From the sequence record OR637327.1: a stretch of 64,000 nt of DNA. One strand, given 5' to 3'. This stretch comes from Klebsiella phage iPHaGe-KPN-11i. Below the pieces are notes generated by a model. It did no database searches, was not told the origin of the DNA, and worked only from the letters and a program-made list of their open reading frames with translations. Positions 27,731 to 37,107 of this stretch are shown here, piece after piece. Position 1 is the first letter of the stretch; each line of letters begins with the position of its first letter. The position numbers and the translations under genes are program-made.

Positions 27731-27990
27731 TGACTGATGTTATTTTGAAAGTTAAAGATGTTGTACTGGGCGATACCAAAAACCCAGACGCGGTTACACT
27801 GGAACAGGCTGTTGTTCAGATCATGCGCGATAGCCTCCGCCTGGAAGTTACTGAACGCACCGAAAGCAATTACACGGGCGGAATTGATGGTCGCCAGTTG
27901 TACGAAGATAACAAACACGTTAATGTAACCCTATGGGCGGACATTGACGAAAACTCATACAAAATTGACGAGATTGATTTTGACGTATGA
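27721..27990 (+). CDS. hypothetical protein (89 aa)
   Basis: ORF, coupled. Confidence 0.45.
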   Translation: MALMTDVILKVKDVVLGDTKNPDAVTLEQAVVQIMRDSLRLEVTERTESNYTGGIDGRQLYEDNKHVNVTLWADIDENSYKIDEIDFDV

Positions 27991-28910
27991 AAATAATTGA
28001 CCTCTGTGCTGGTGTGGGCGGGGTTCGATTAGGATTTGATAAGGCATTCGGCGGTGTCGAATGCCTTTTAACGTCTGAAATCGACAAGTTCGCACAGCAA
28101 ACATATATCGAAAACTGGGGCGATGATAACCTACAGGGTGATCTATTCGCCATTGATGAAAACAAAGTGCCGGATCATGATATCCTGCTGGCGGGGTTCC
28201 CGTGTCAGGCGTTCAGTAAAGCCGGATTGAAACTGGGCTTTGACGATGTGCGCGGTACGGTGTTCTTTGAAATCCTCCGCATTATACGCGCTAAAAAGCC
28301 CCGTGTACTGTTCTTTGAGAACGTGCCTGAACTGCTAACCCATGACAAGGGGAAGACGTTTAAAACGATTTACGGGCTTCTGGAGGCCGAAGGATATAAC
28401 GTATTCTATCAACGCCTGAACACAAAGGATTTCGGACTACCCCAAAGACGGGAACGCGTGTTTATTGTCTGCTTCCTGGATGATGTATTCTTTTCGTTTC
28501 CGGTTCCCCCGCGTACCCCTACACGCGTAGGCGACATCCTCGAAGATGCTGATGATTCATTCACCCTCTCAGATAACGCATGGAAAGGCTTTAGAGAGCG
28601 TAAGGAACGAAATAAGGCAAACGGTAAGGGTTTCGGTTATCAGGCCGTCACAAGCGATTCTGCGCACACTGGGACTATCACTGCAAATTACTATAAAGAT
28701 GGTGTTCAATGTCTGGTATTGCAGGAAGGAAAGAACCCCCGAAGACTTACTCCCCGTGAGTGTTTTCGTTTGCAGGGTTTCCCAGATTCGTTTATTATCA
28801 ACAAAAGCAAGATGCAAGCGTATAAACAAGCAGGTAATTCTGTTTCAATACCAGTCATCGAGGCTATAGCAAAACAAATCAAGAAGGTGTTATGTCACAC
28901 AACGGACTAA
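27987..28910 (+). CDS. DNA (cytosine-5)-methyltransferase
   Basis: Motif I DLCAGVGG, motif IV GFPCQAFS, motif VI ENV. The C-terminal target-recognition region ends ...QAGNSV. Confidence 0.8.
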   Translation: MKIIDLCAGVGGVRLGFDKAFGGVECLLTSEIDKFAQQTYIENWGDDNLQGDLFAIDENKVPDHDILLAGFPCQAFSKAGLKLGFDDVRGTVFFEILRIIRAKKPRVLFFENVPELLTHDKGKTFKTIYGLLEAEGYNVFYQRLNTKDFGLPQRRERVFIVCFLDDVFFSFPVPPRTPTRVGDILEDADDSFTLSDNAWKGFRERKERNKANGKGFGYQAVTSDSAHTGTITANYYKDGVQCLVLQEGKNPRRLTPRECFRLQGFPDSFIINKSKMQAYKQAGNSVSIPVIEAIAKQIKKVLCHTTD

Positions 28911-29428
28911 GAACAATCGAAGAAGAACAGAAAGGAATTGACGAATTCCTTAAAACTGTTTCTGTTGATATACAAACGGGGACAATTATACGAACGTCAC
29001 ACAAACGTTCTGACTTGATCGGAAAGGAAATAGGTTCGAAGATTAAAGGAGGATATACCCGCGTTTATTTCAAAAGCAAAGGATATCTACGTCATCGAAT
29101 CATCTACTACGTTGCAACCGGAAAACTGCCTGATGTGATTGATCACAAAAATGGTGTTGAGGCTGGCGACGGGATTTATAACTTGCGTGAAGCGGATCAA
29201 TCCCGAAACTGTCAGAACCGGACTAAACGAAGAGTAGCAACCAGTCGATTCAAGGGTGTATGTGTACGTGATCAACCTACTGGAATACGTTACATTGCAC
29301 AGATAAAGATTGACGGCAAGGTTAAACATATCGGTTCCTATCGTGACGAATACGAGGCTGCAAAAGCATACGATCGGGAAGCGATAAAACATTTTGGTAA
29401 ATTTGCAAAATTAAACATTGCATACTGA
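28892..29428 (+). CDS. HNH homing endonuclease with AP2 domain
   Basis: HRIIYYV...DHKNG HNH core and an AP2-like FKGVCVRDQPTGIRYIAQIKIDGKVKHIGSYRDEYEAA. Confidence 0.7.
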   Translation: MSHNGLRTIEEEQKGIDEFLKTVSVDIQTGTIIRTSHKRSDLIGKEIGSKIKGGYTRVYFKSKGYLRHRIIYYVATGKLPDVIDHKNGVEAGDGIYNLREADQSRNCQNRTKRRVATSRFKGVCVRDQPTGIRYIAQIKIDGKVKHIGSYRDEYEAAKAYDREAIKHFGKFAKLNIAY

Positions 29429-29436
29429 CCAGGATA

Positions 29437-29481
29437 GTGATACATTATCTTTACCGAAACGAAACTGAAAAGGAACATACC
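29437..29481 (+). promoter_or_regulatory. leader element (copy g, partial)
   Basis: CCGAAACGAAACTGAAAAGGAAC precedes the ATG at 29482. Confidence 0.35.
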
Positions 29482-29760
29482 ATGACTTTTAATGACCTGT
29501 TTAACGGATGTACTGGCGCTGGTGCGAAATTCAATCTACTGAAAGATTACCCGCTGGGTTCTAATCCAGGTTACGTGATGGTTGAAGTGCGTAACGGTGA
29601 ATACTACAACGTGTTCATGTGGGATCGTTCTTTCTCTTACTGCTGGTTCGGTGCGAAATACAAACCAGATTACATCCTGGAACAAATCGAAACAGTGAAA
29701 GCGAAAAACCCTGAACTGTACGCGTTCGCAGAGTCTATTCGTGGTGTGTTCGGACACTGA
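29482..29760 (+). CDS. hypothetical protein (92 aa)
   Basis: Start set after the leader motif. A terminator follows. Confidence 0.5.
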   Translation: MTFNDLFNGCTGAGAKFNLLKDYPLGSNPGYVMVEVRNGEYYNVFMWDRSFSYCWFGAKYKPDYILEQIETVKAKNPELYAFAESIRGVFGH

Positions 29761-29766
29761 TTAATC

Positions 29767-29787
29767 AAGCCCCGAAAGGGGCTTTTT
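29767..29787 (+). terminator. rho-independent terminator
   Basis: agccccgaaaggggct plus TTTTT. Confidence 0.55.
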
Positions 29788-29802
29788 CGTGAGGAAATTA
29801 TT

Positions 29803-30075
29803 ATGATTTACACTGTTGAATGTTTGGTTGATTATGAACCTTGTAATCTGATCTGCGCGTCTGATACCGTTATGGACTGCATCGACGCGGTGAACAATCA
29901 CGAAACCTTCCCGTATGTTGCGGATAATCTGCATTTCACTGCGTGGAAAGACGGCAAGAAAGTTGCGGTTGCTTCTTTAGTAGGAAACAGAGTAGGCGAT
30001 ACAATAGGCGCTAACGGTTATGAACCGAACCCTGTGACCTATGAAGAAGTCATTGGTAAAATGGAGGCGGTATGA
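29803..30075 (+). CDS. hypothetical protein (90 aa)
   Basis: ORF. Confidence 0.5.
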   Translation: MIYTVECLVDYEPCNLICASDTVMDCIDAVNNHETFPYVADNLHFTAWKDGKKVAVASLVGNRVGDTIGANGYEPNPVTYEEVIGKMEAV

Positions 30076-30314
30076 AGGTTAAAAACGCCGAACGCGGGGA
30101 GAATACCAACGAAATGTTCTTCATTCGTTGCAACCGTAAGCCTCTCAAATGCGGGTATGACGACATAGACGAAGCCCTGAGCAAGTTTAACGAAATCATC
30201 CGTTCATCCGTCTACCGTAGCGGGGAACATCCTGGCGACCTGTGGGAACTGGTAGCAAAAGATCCTTACAGTAACATCGTCCTGAAATCCGAAACAAAGG
30301 GTAAAGTATCATGA
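30072..30314 (+). CDS. hypothetical protein (80 aa)
   Basis: ORF, ATGA-coupled. Confidence 0.5.
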   Translation: MKVKNAERGENTNEMFFIRCNRKPLKCGYDDIDEALSKFNEIIRSSVYRSGEHPGDLWELVAKDPYSNIVLKSETKGKVS

Positions 30315-30544
30315 AAATTTATACTGTTGAAAGTTTAAGCGAAGATTACTATACATTTAGTGATTTGGTTGGTTCTACCGTATCGCTGGAACGTGCGATT
30401 GAAATGGCTAAACCTTTTGACTGGGTGAGTATCACTGAATGCGACGGCTTTACTGGCGAACGTCTGCGCATAGTAACACTGAGCAACGAAAAAGCCGTTG
30501 CGAACGCAACCAAAGAAAACTTACAATTTGAGGATGTAAAATGA
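30311..30544 (+). CDS. hypothetical protein (77 aa)
   Basis: ORF, ATGA-coupled. Confidence 0.5.
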   Translation: MKIYTVESLSEDYYTFSDLVGSTVSLERAIEMAKPFDWVSITECDGFTGERLRIVTLSNEKAVANATKENLQFEDVK

Positions 30545-31053
30545 AAATACGTTCTGGTTTTGTGAGCAACAGTTCATCAAGTAGTTTCATCGTCCGGTTC
30601 CCGAAAGATCCGACTAATATCGACAACCTGCGCGAAATGATGGGCGATTGCGTCCCTGATTGTGGTTACTACGATCCGCCGTTGACAGCGGAAGAAGTGG
30701 TCAATCACGTTCATCGTGACTTAGGCGGTCATCTGGGTAATAGCTTTGAATCGTTCTACGACGATAAACGCTATGACTGGGAAACCGAAGAAAGCGCAGA
30801 AACCCGCTACCGTTCAAACCCTCAAATTGCGCTTGCGTATGACGGGCGAGACTGGTACGATCTGGACACAGAAGAGAAAGACGCTCTGATCAAAATGTGG
30901 TTGTATGAAGAGTACAACACGAAGTATGGCAATCAGGACGGCGTGTTTATCTATGAATTCACGTACTCCGATGAATGCGGCCCGATCGGAACTCAACTGG
31001 AACATGGAAACATCTTCCGTAACCTTGAACACACATCAAAGAGTCATCACTGA
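30541..31053 (+). CDS. paralog A of the 'MKIRSGFVSNSSSSSFI' family (170 aa, acidic)
   Basis: The first 17 aa are identical to ORF 34488..34955, encoded with synonymous differences. ATGA-coupled. Confidence 0.55.
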   Translation: MKIRSGFVSNSSSSSFIVRFPKDPTNIDNLREMMGDCVPDCGYYDPPLTAEEVVNHVHRDLGGHLGNSFESFYDDKRYDWETEESAETRYRSNPQIALAYDGRDWYDLDTEEKDALIKMWLYEEYNTKYGNQDGVFIYEFTYSDECGPIGTQLEHGNIFRNLEHTSKSHH

Positions 31054-31388
31054 TGGATAAGTTAAAAACCGAAGTCTGTGTTGTTATGCCTCGCTATGCA
31101 TTAGGGGATTCGATCCCCTTTAGCCAGGATCGCCCCGCACCGTTTGATGTATTTTCTTTGCGAAAATATCTTGAACGTTTTGAACTGAACGAGTATACTC
31201 TCCAAATCGTTCGGGTATGGAATCCGGTAATGTATGCGCTTGCGTTTGACATTGCAGAATCCAAACTCACTACGATGGATGAATACGTTGAACTCCTGGC
31301 GCGTAAGTTCGGGTGTGATCGTACAGTCGAAGCAGTAAGCAATAAAGTTAACGAAATTTTAGAAAAATTCAAATACGAGAAAATTTAA
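31053..31388 (+). CDS. hypothetical protein (111 aa)
   Basis: ORF, coupled. Confidence 0.5.
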   Translation: MDKLKTEVCVVMPRYALGDSIPFSQDRPAPFDVFSLRKYLERFELNEYTLQIVRVWNPVMYALAFDIAESKLTTMDEYVELLARKFGCDRTVEAVSNKVNEILEKFKYEKI

Positions 31389-33635
31389 ATGTCAATAACA
31401 AATATCGAATTCAAAAACGCTGTATCGAAGCCAACCCCGACAAACCACGTTTTCGTGTGTGACGTATCCGGTTCAATGTATAACGAACTGCCTAAGATCC
31501 GTAAACACCTGAAAGCAAATCTGGCGAGTCTGGTTAAACAGGATGACACTGTTTCGATCCTGTACTTCTCCAGCAAAGGCGATTACGGCACGGTGTTCCG
31601 TGGTGAGAAGGTTAGCAATGTCTCTGACCTGTCTAACATCTGCGCGGCTATCGACCGTTACCTGAAACCTACTGGTTGTACTGGCTTCGTTGAGCCGTTG
31701 AATCTGGCTGCGGAAATCGCTACAGATCTGCAATCCGAAAACGGCAACCTGAACAGCCTGATCTTCCTGACAGACGGTTATGATAACTGCTGGCGTACCG
31801 ATGACATCCTGAAAGCGTGTGCGGTTCTGCCACTGACTTTCAACAGTATCGCGTTCCTGGAATACGGTTATTACGTGAATCGTCCTCTGCTGGAAAAAAT
31901 GGCAGAAGCAACCAACGCATTACACAAATTCGTTGAAGGTTTCGACGCATACGAACCAGCATTTGCCGAAATCATCACTGCGCAAACTTCTGCACGTATC
32001 GAAGTCAAAGTTGCTGACGCTACCCATGCGATCTACCTGGACGAAGGGCGCGTGTATGTCCTGAACGCTGCAAACGGTGTTGTGCTGGTTCCAGAACACA
32101 TCAAAAACATCTGGGCGCTGGGTGACAACGCGATCAATGATGTTGACGGCTTCGATCCAAACATCGCCAGTGAACAGCAAGTTCTGTATGTCGTGCTTTA
32201 TCATGCACTACACACAATGAACCCTGATCTGGCATGGAAAGTGCTTCAAAAGCTGGGTGATGTCCGTCTGATCAAAGCGTATGACAACTGCTTTACCAAA
32301 CAGGACTACTCCAACGCAAAAGACCTGATTGCACAGGCTGTTGTAGATCCGTCACAGCGTTTTGTTGATGGTATTGATTACAACATGGTTCCAGACGAAA
32401 ACGCGTTCACTCTGGTTGATGCGCTCGAACTGCTGGCACAAACTGACACAGTGATCGACCTGTCTTCTGAGCACTGGGCGTACAACCGCACAGGCCGTCA
32501 GACTGTACAGAAAGAAGATGATACACTGGATCAACTGTCTGAACAGATCGCAAACGCTGCAACCCCAGAAGAACGTAAAGCACTGGCGGCGCAAATGGTA
32601 GCGCATGAAGTATGGGTTCCGAAGTTCACCCAGACTACAACCAAAGTATCGGTTAAACATCTGGTGGGTAACAGTTCCCGTCCTAACATTTCCATCAACA
32701 CGGATCTGGAAGGGTATGTGACTATCCCAGAAAGCAAACAGAAAGAATTCGGTCTGCCGGAAAAAATCGAAACTAAGCAGGTGCGTAACTTCACCATCGT
32801 TAAAGATGGTATCGTGAACGTTAAAGTTCTGCCGCTGGAAACCGATATTCCGACACTGAAAAACCTTCGTGCTTCTGGCCTGACTATCAAGCCGCTCGAA
32901 AAAATCGGTGATGATCGTATGTCTGTTCTGGTAGACTTTACCTCTCTGCCTCTGGTTAACCGTGGCATGACTCGCGGGTTAAGCGGTAAAGAGTTCGTGA
33001 CTGATAACGTGCGTCTGGAAATCCTGAAAGGCCGTCAGAAGGTTATGAAGTTCTTCCGTGACAACGCGATCGGACTGCGCAACGCAGAAGGGCTGAAACA
33101 GCGCTTTGGTGAGGCTGCGGGTGAATGGCTGTCTGAACAGGGTATTCGTGATTACGGGTTCTCTCCGAAGGTTGAGCGCACAGAATCGACTGATGTTTAC
33201 ATGTCGAAAGAACTGAACGTGAAAATCAAGGGTGTTTCCTCCCTTCCTGCTGTAGCGGCTACCGTCGCGAAGCGTGAAGAAGGTAAGAAGAAACTGAACA
33301 ACGGCGACCTGATTATCCTGTGGGCTTACGATCAGGTGAAATCTGAACTGGATGCGCTTGACAAAGATCAGGTAGTCGAGTATCTTGATAAGCAGACAAA
33401 GGCAACGATTCAGGAAGTCCGTAAACTGAATGCCCGTTTAAGTCGCGTAATGTACGGTGTTGTAGTAGCCCATGCATGGTTCGCGGATCTGGACTTCGAA
33501 GAAACCAAAGTTTCTATCGCTGCGAAAGATATTCTTCCGAAAGAAGATAATATTCCGTCCGATTTCTGGAAAGTCTGGGAAACCACATCATTCGAATGTG
33601 AAATCGTCCTGGAAGAAAAAGAAGTCAAAATCTAA
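31389..33635 (+). CDS. von Willebrand factor A (vWA) domain protein, 748 aa
   Basis: N-terminal MIDAS motif VFVCDVSGSM (DxSxS) with downstream T and D residues. Long C-terminal extension of unknown fold. Confidence 0.6.
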   Translation: MSITNIEFKNAVSKPTPTNHVFVCDVSGSMYNELPKIRKHLKANLASLVKQDDTVSILYFSSKGDYGTVFRGEKVSNVSDLSNICAAIDRYLKPTGCTGFVEPLNLAAEIATDLQSENGNLNSLIFLTDGYDNCWRTDDILKACAVLPLTFNSIAFLEYGYYVNRPLLEKMAEATNALHKFVEGFDAYEPAFAEIITAQTSARIEVKVADATHAIYLDEGRVYVLNAANGVVLVPEHIKNIWALGDNAINDVDGFDPNIASEQQVLYVVLYHALHTMNPDLAWKVLQKLGDVRLIKAYDNCFTKQDYSNAKDLIAQAVVDPSQRFVDGIDYNMVPDENAFTLVDALELLAQTDTVIDLSSEHWAYNRTGRQTVQKEDDTLDQLSEQIANAATPEERKALAAQMVAHEVWVPKFTQTTTKVSVKHLVGNSSRPNISINTDLEGYVTIPESKQKEFGLPEKIETKQVRNFTIVKDGIVNVKVLPLETDIPTLKNLRASGLTIKPLEKIGDDRMSVLVDFTSLPLVNRGMTRGLSGKEFVTDNVRLEILKGRQKVMKFFRDNAIGLRNAEGLKQRFGEAAGEWLSEQGIRDYGFSPKVERTESTDVYMSKELNVKIKGVSSLPAVAATVAKREEGKKKLNNGDLIILWAYDQVKSELDALDKDQVVEYLDKQTKATIQEVRKLNARLSRVMYGVVVAHAWFADLDFEETKVSIAAKDILPKEDNIPSDFWKVWETTSFECEIVLEEKEVKI

Positions 33636-33676
33636 CAATGTCCGCCCCCGAAAGGGGGCATATTGAGGAAAATACT

Positions 33677-34303
33677 ATGTCACGTAACGTATTCTGGGAT
33701 GAAGTTGTAAAAGGCGATATCCTGTACCTGTCCGAACCACAAGCCTATCGTGAAAACGACGAAAAGAATCACGCATACGCGCCTATGCTGCCGGATTTCG
33801 TGGTTGTTGATGATGTATTTGTCGGTGAAAATGGCTGGCAGATCGATTTAGTCGGGTTCCCTTACAAAAAGGGTGCAATCCTTCTCGAACTGGAAGACCA
33901 TAATTTCTTCGCCCATGTTGGCAATATCGGAGATCATGGTGAATTCGGTATCGAAGATATCCGCGAAAACCCGTATGTATTCAGCAACTACTACAAGGTC
34001 GGCGGACACCTGCGCAGTGATAACAAAACTGTTCTGTATCTGGATGGTCTTCTGTCTGGAATGCATAATTTCAGCATCGAGAAGCCAGGCAACAGCGCAG
34101 AACTCTACCGCCTGTTTGAGAAGTACAATCATCAAGATGGTAAACTGTTGCCGTCAGAAATGGCTTACATTGTCAACCGTCTGATCATGGGACTACACAA
34201 AACATTCCTGATTCACTTTGACGGTGATATACAACAGGCGATGGAAACTGTGATCACCATCCTGAAAGAAAAATCACGCTGCATGGATACCCTGTCAAAA
34301 TGA
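33677..34303 (+). CDS. hypothetical protein (208 aa)
   Basis: GAGG RBS before the ATG at 33677. Confidence 0.5.
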   Translation: MSRNVFWDEVVKGDILYLSEPQAYRENDEKNHAYAPMLPDFVVVDDVFVGENGWQIDLVGFPYKKGAILLELEDHNFFAHVGNIGDHGEFGIEDIRENPYVFSNYYKVGGHLRSDNKTVLYLDGLLSGMHNFSIEKPGNSAELYRLFEKYNHQDGKLLPSEMAYIVNRLIMGLHKTFLIHFDGDIQQAMETVITILKEKSRCMDTLSK

Positions 34304-34491
34304 CTCTATTCTTTATCATTGCATTGGGTGTGTTTATTCTGGGCGCTGCGATTTCATTCATGGCGTTCGATAAGCGCGAATATCAAATGGTTGTCATTGG
34401 CCTTATCGTGGCAAGTATCCCGCTGGTGTTGTCATACAACCTGTATCATGAGAAAATCGCGGAGAACGCGAAATATGAGGCAAGACGATGA
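34300..34491 (+). CDS. small membrane protein (2 TM, 63 aa)
   Basis: Two hydrophobic helices. ATGA-coupled on both sides. Confidence 0.45.
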   Translation: MTLFFIIALGVFILGAAISFMAFDKREYQMVVIGLIVASIPLVLSYNLYHEKIAENAKYEARR

Positions 34492-34955
34492 AGATCCGTT
34501 CTGGGTTCGTGAGCAATAGCTCAAGCAGTAGTTTTATCATCGGGGTCGGACTTGTCCGCCCTGGTAAAGAAAAAGAAGTGGCGGCGATTTACGGCGAAAA
34601 CAACATTGAATCGCTGATGGATATGTTTGATGATACTCGTCCTCGCTGGGATTTACCTCAAATACACGATGACGGCACAATCACACTGGAAGCGTTCGGA
34701 TGTAATAGCGTAGAAATAACCCGCATCTGGGACAAGTTGAAAGAACTGAATCTGGATGATGTTAAAATCGTTCACTTCAATGAGCGCGGCGACGAACCGG
34801 AATACGACGATGAAACCGGAAGTTATAACTATGACTGGTATGACGACGCGGACGCATTCGGGCCGGAACTCGAAAAGAAATACAATCTCCTGAGAGATAA
34901 CCGCGAACTGTTTATTGAAGGTGATGTTCGTTGCGGTGGTGGTTATGACGGCTAA
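34488..34955 (+). CDS. paralog B of the 'MKIRSGFVSNSSSSSFI' family (155 aa, acidic)
   Basis: Shares the N-terminal 17 aa with ORF 30541..31053. The remainder is diverged and rich in acidic and aromatic residues. Confidence 0.55.
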   Translation: MKIRSGFVSNSSSSSFIIGVGLVRPGKEKEVAAIYGENNIESLMDMFDDTRPRWDLPQIHDDGTITLEAFGCNSVEITRIWDKLKELNLDDVKIVHFNERGDEPEYDDETGSYNYDWYDDADAFGPELEKKYNLLRDNRELFIEGDVRCGGGYDG

Positions 34956-35088
34956 ACGATTGGTGATCTGTTACCGCTGTTTGCATGTGTATGATCACAA
35001 CACAGCGAAGCGAACAGCAACAAAGCGCTTGCGCGTTAAAGAGGCGGAATGTCCTCTCTGTAAATGTAAAATCTGTTTGGGGTAATCC

Positions 35089-35379
35089 ATGATAACGATA
35101 GTATACTGGGAAGAACTGGAAAGCGAATTCAGTGATGAAGCTGGAGAAATGGCTGCTGTAGCGGGTGAATCTGAAATGCTTACAGCTACCGAAAGTATGG
35201 ATGATGCATTTGATCGCATCAAGAAACACCAGAAAGAAAACGAAGGTCGGGATATTCAGTACATGCTATCGTTCTGGCTGGATGGTGAAATCTTCTGTCA
35301 TGCTGCTATTGCTGAGGATACTCCGGTCGATATGTGTCGTGAAGAAATCGTGAAGTACGTCAAATCTTTTATGCATTAA
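35089..35379 (+). CDS. hypothetical acidic protein (96 aa)
   Basis: ORF. Confidence 0.45.
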   Translation: MITIVYWEELESEFSDEAGEMAAVAGESEMLTATESMDDAFDRIKKHQKENEGRDIQYMLSFWLDGEIFCHAAIAEDTPVDMCREEIVKYVKSFMH

Positions 35380-35397
35380 TTAAATGAGAATTGAAAA

Positions 35398-36051
35398 ATG
35401 GCTTATGTATCTAAAAAAATTGAAATAATTTCGTCGATGATGGGTAAAACCCTGGAAGAGATCGACCGGATTGGGAAGAACTTTAAAGATGAAGTTTTCC
35501 GTTTACCTGAACGTGAAATAAATTTAATCCCGCATTTCAACACGGTTAAAATTCTGATCGATCCTGGTTTTGGATTGACGGCAACTCATTACATTGTCGG
35601 TAATGTCCCGTATATGTTCGTGTTCAGAAAATCTAAGCTGATTGCGTATTTCGATCGCGCTAATCTTGGACACATTCGGGCAATCATCGACCGGATCGAC
35701 CGTTATGAAGTCGGGAATTACACGGAACAAACCAGACGCACTACATACGGAAAGATTACGAGTATGCTGGAACAAACCAAACAATTCGACGGAGCTAACA
35801 TCGAATTGATTGATGACCTGCTAAAAAGAATCAACAAGTTCAAAGAAGCGTTTGACGTAAAGAAAACTGTGATTGCTGAACCAGAAACGGTGAAAGCACC
35901 AACCCTGTCATCTTTCGAAGAACCAGAAACCATTCCAGTAAACACAGCGTTGAAATACATCATCGAAATCGAACCAACAGATCTTGATGCAACATGTAAA
36001 GCATTGAATTCTATAGGGATTAATTTCACTCTCTATAATAAATTCAGTTAA
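35398..36051 (+). CDS. hypothetical protein (217 aa)
   Basis: ORF. Confidence 0.5.
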   Translation: MAYVSKKIEIISSMMGKTLEEIDRIGKNFKDEVFRLPEREINLIPHFNTVKILIDPGFGLTATHYIVGNVPYMFVFRKSKLIAYFDRANLGHIRAIIDRIDRYEVGNYTEQTRRTTYGKITSMLEQTKQFDGANIELIDDLLKRINKFKEAFDVKKTVIAEPETVKAPTLSSFEEPETIPVNTALKYIIEIEPTDLDATCKALNSIGINFTLYNKFS

Positions 36052-36055
36052 CCCA

Positions 36056-36130
36056 AAAAGCCCTTGCGTTCGCGTGAGGGCTTTGTTATATTACACATAT
36101 CGAAACGGAACAGCCAAAAGGAACGAGAAC
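36056..36130 (+). promoter_or_regulatory. terminator-promoter-leader cassette (copy h)
   Basis: Hairpin cccttgcgttcgcgtgaggg. Then TTTGTTATATTACACATATCGAAACGGAACAG and the RBS AAAAGGAAC. Confidence 0.55.
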
Positions 36131-36346
36131 ATGAAAGCTAAAATGATGAAGTTCGTAAAAGACTGGAGAAAAGGCGCGACAATCGGTGAGAGCTACGTAA
36201 TCGTAGACATCGAAAGCAACCTGCTCGAAGGTGCGAACGTTTTAGAAGTTCCTCGTTACGGTATGGTTGAAGCCGCTGATAAAGCAAAAGAACTGAATGG
36301 TTACGTTCTCCACATCATCGAAGCAATCGAGAAGGAATTAGCATGA
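36131..36346 (+). CDS. small protein (71 aa)
   Basis: First ATG after the cassette. Confidence 0.5.
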   Translation: MKAKMMKFVKDWRKGATIGESYVIVDIESNLLEGANVLEVPRYGMVEAADKAKELNGYVLHIIEAIEKELA

Positions 36347-36573
36347 ACAGCGTTTATCTGATTGAAGAAACCATTATCCAGCCAAACGGCGGAGTGTATG
36401 AAAAGAATATCGTGTGTGCTGCCCTGGATGAACAAGAGGCAAATCACAAAGTGAAATATTTAAATGAAAATGCTGTTGTATGTCAGACGTATTCCGGTTA
36501 TAGTGTTGCATATGCTTGGAAAGCGGTTAGTTTAGAAACCCAACCATCTTGGTTAATCAACCTGAAAAAATAA
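36343..36573 (+). CDS. hypothetical protein (76 aa)
   Basis: ORF, ATGA-coupled. Confidence 0.45.
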   Translation: MNSVYLIEETIIQPNGGVYEKNIVCAALDEQEANHKVKYLNENAVVCQTYSGYSVAYAWKAVSLETQPSWLINLKK

Positions 36574-36583
36574 GGGGCTTATC

Positions 36584-37081
36584 ATGAAAATGAATTACGT
36601 TCGCGGCGGTATCATGGCACTGTTACTGAAAGGTGTTTCTCGTAGTGAGAATCGTATGGGTATGGGGCCGATGGGTAAAGTCTGGTCTGTCTATATTGGC
36701 GGTGACTGTATCGGTTACATCGGCAATGATGGATTGAGCCGCGTTTACCTGGCTATCTCAAGCGGAGGCCGTGAAGTCGAATGTAGTAATTTCATGCAAG
36801 CACTTGCGCAGTTCATTGATACTGCGATTACTCAGATTGAAAAACAGGGTTGTATCGAACGTCGTTACGCGAACAAGATCGGGATGATTGAATATTCCAA
36901 CTTCTGCTTCGAAGTCGAAGAAGTGCGTTATGATACGATGGATGAAGTATACGAATATGTGCTTCGTGGTGAGGAAGTGATTAAGTCCTATAACGGGACG
37001 AAGGTTGTCAATAACCGCTCTTTCATCACTCCGTTCGAATTGCGATATCAACAGCTAATGGGCTGGATCGTGATGGAATAA
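36584..37081 (+). CDS. hypothetical protein (165 aa)
   Basis: ORF. Ends at a bidirectional terminator. Confidence 0.5.
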   Translation: MKMNYVRGGIMALLLKGVSRSENRMGMGPMGKVWSVYIGGDCIGYIGNDGLSRVYLAISSGGREVECSNFMQALAQFIDTAITQIEKQGCIERRYANKIGMIEYSNFCFEVEEVRYDTMDEVYEYVLRGEEVIKSYNGTKVVNNRSFITPFELRYQQLMGWIVME

Positions 37082-37083
37082 GA

Positions 37084-37107
37084 AAAGCCCCTTTCGGGGC
37101 TTTTTTG
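37084..37107. terminator. bidirectional rho-independent terminator between convergent genes
   Basis: aaaagcccctttcggggctttttt with A/T runs on both sides. Confidence 0.6.

Noticed and set aside
33643-33659. Hairpin gcccccgaaagggggc after the vWA gene, as a terminator.
   Set aside because: No downstream T-run (it is followed by ATATTG) and the next gene is tightly coupled. More likely a stability element than an intrinsic terminator.
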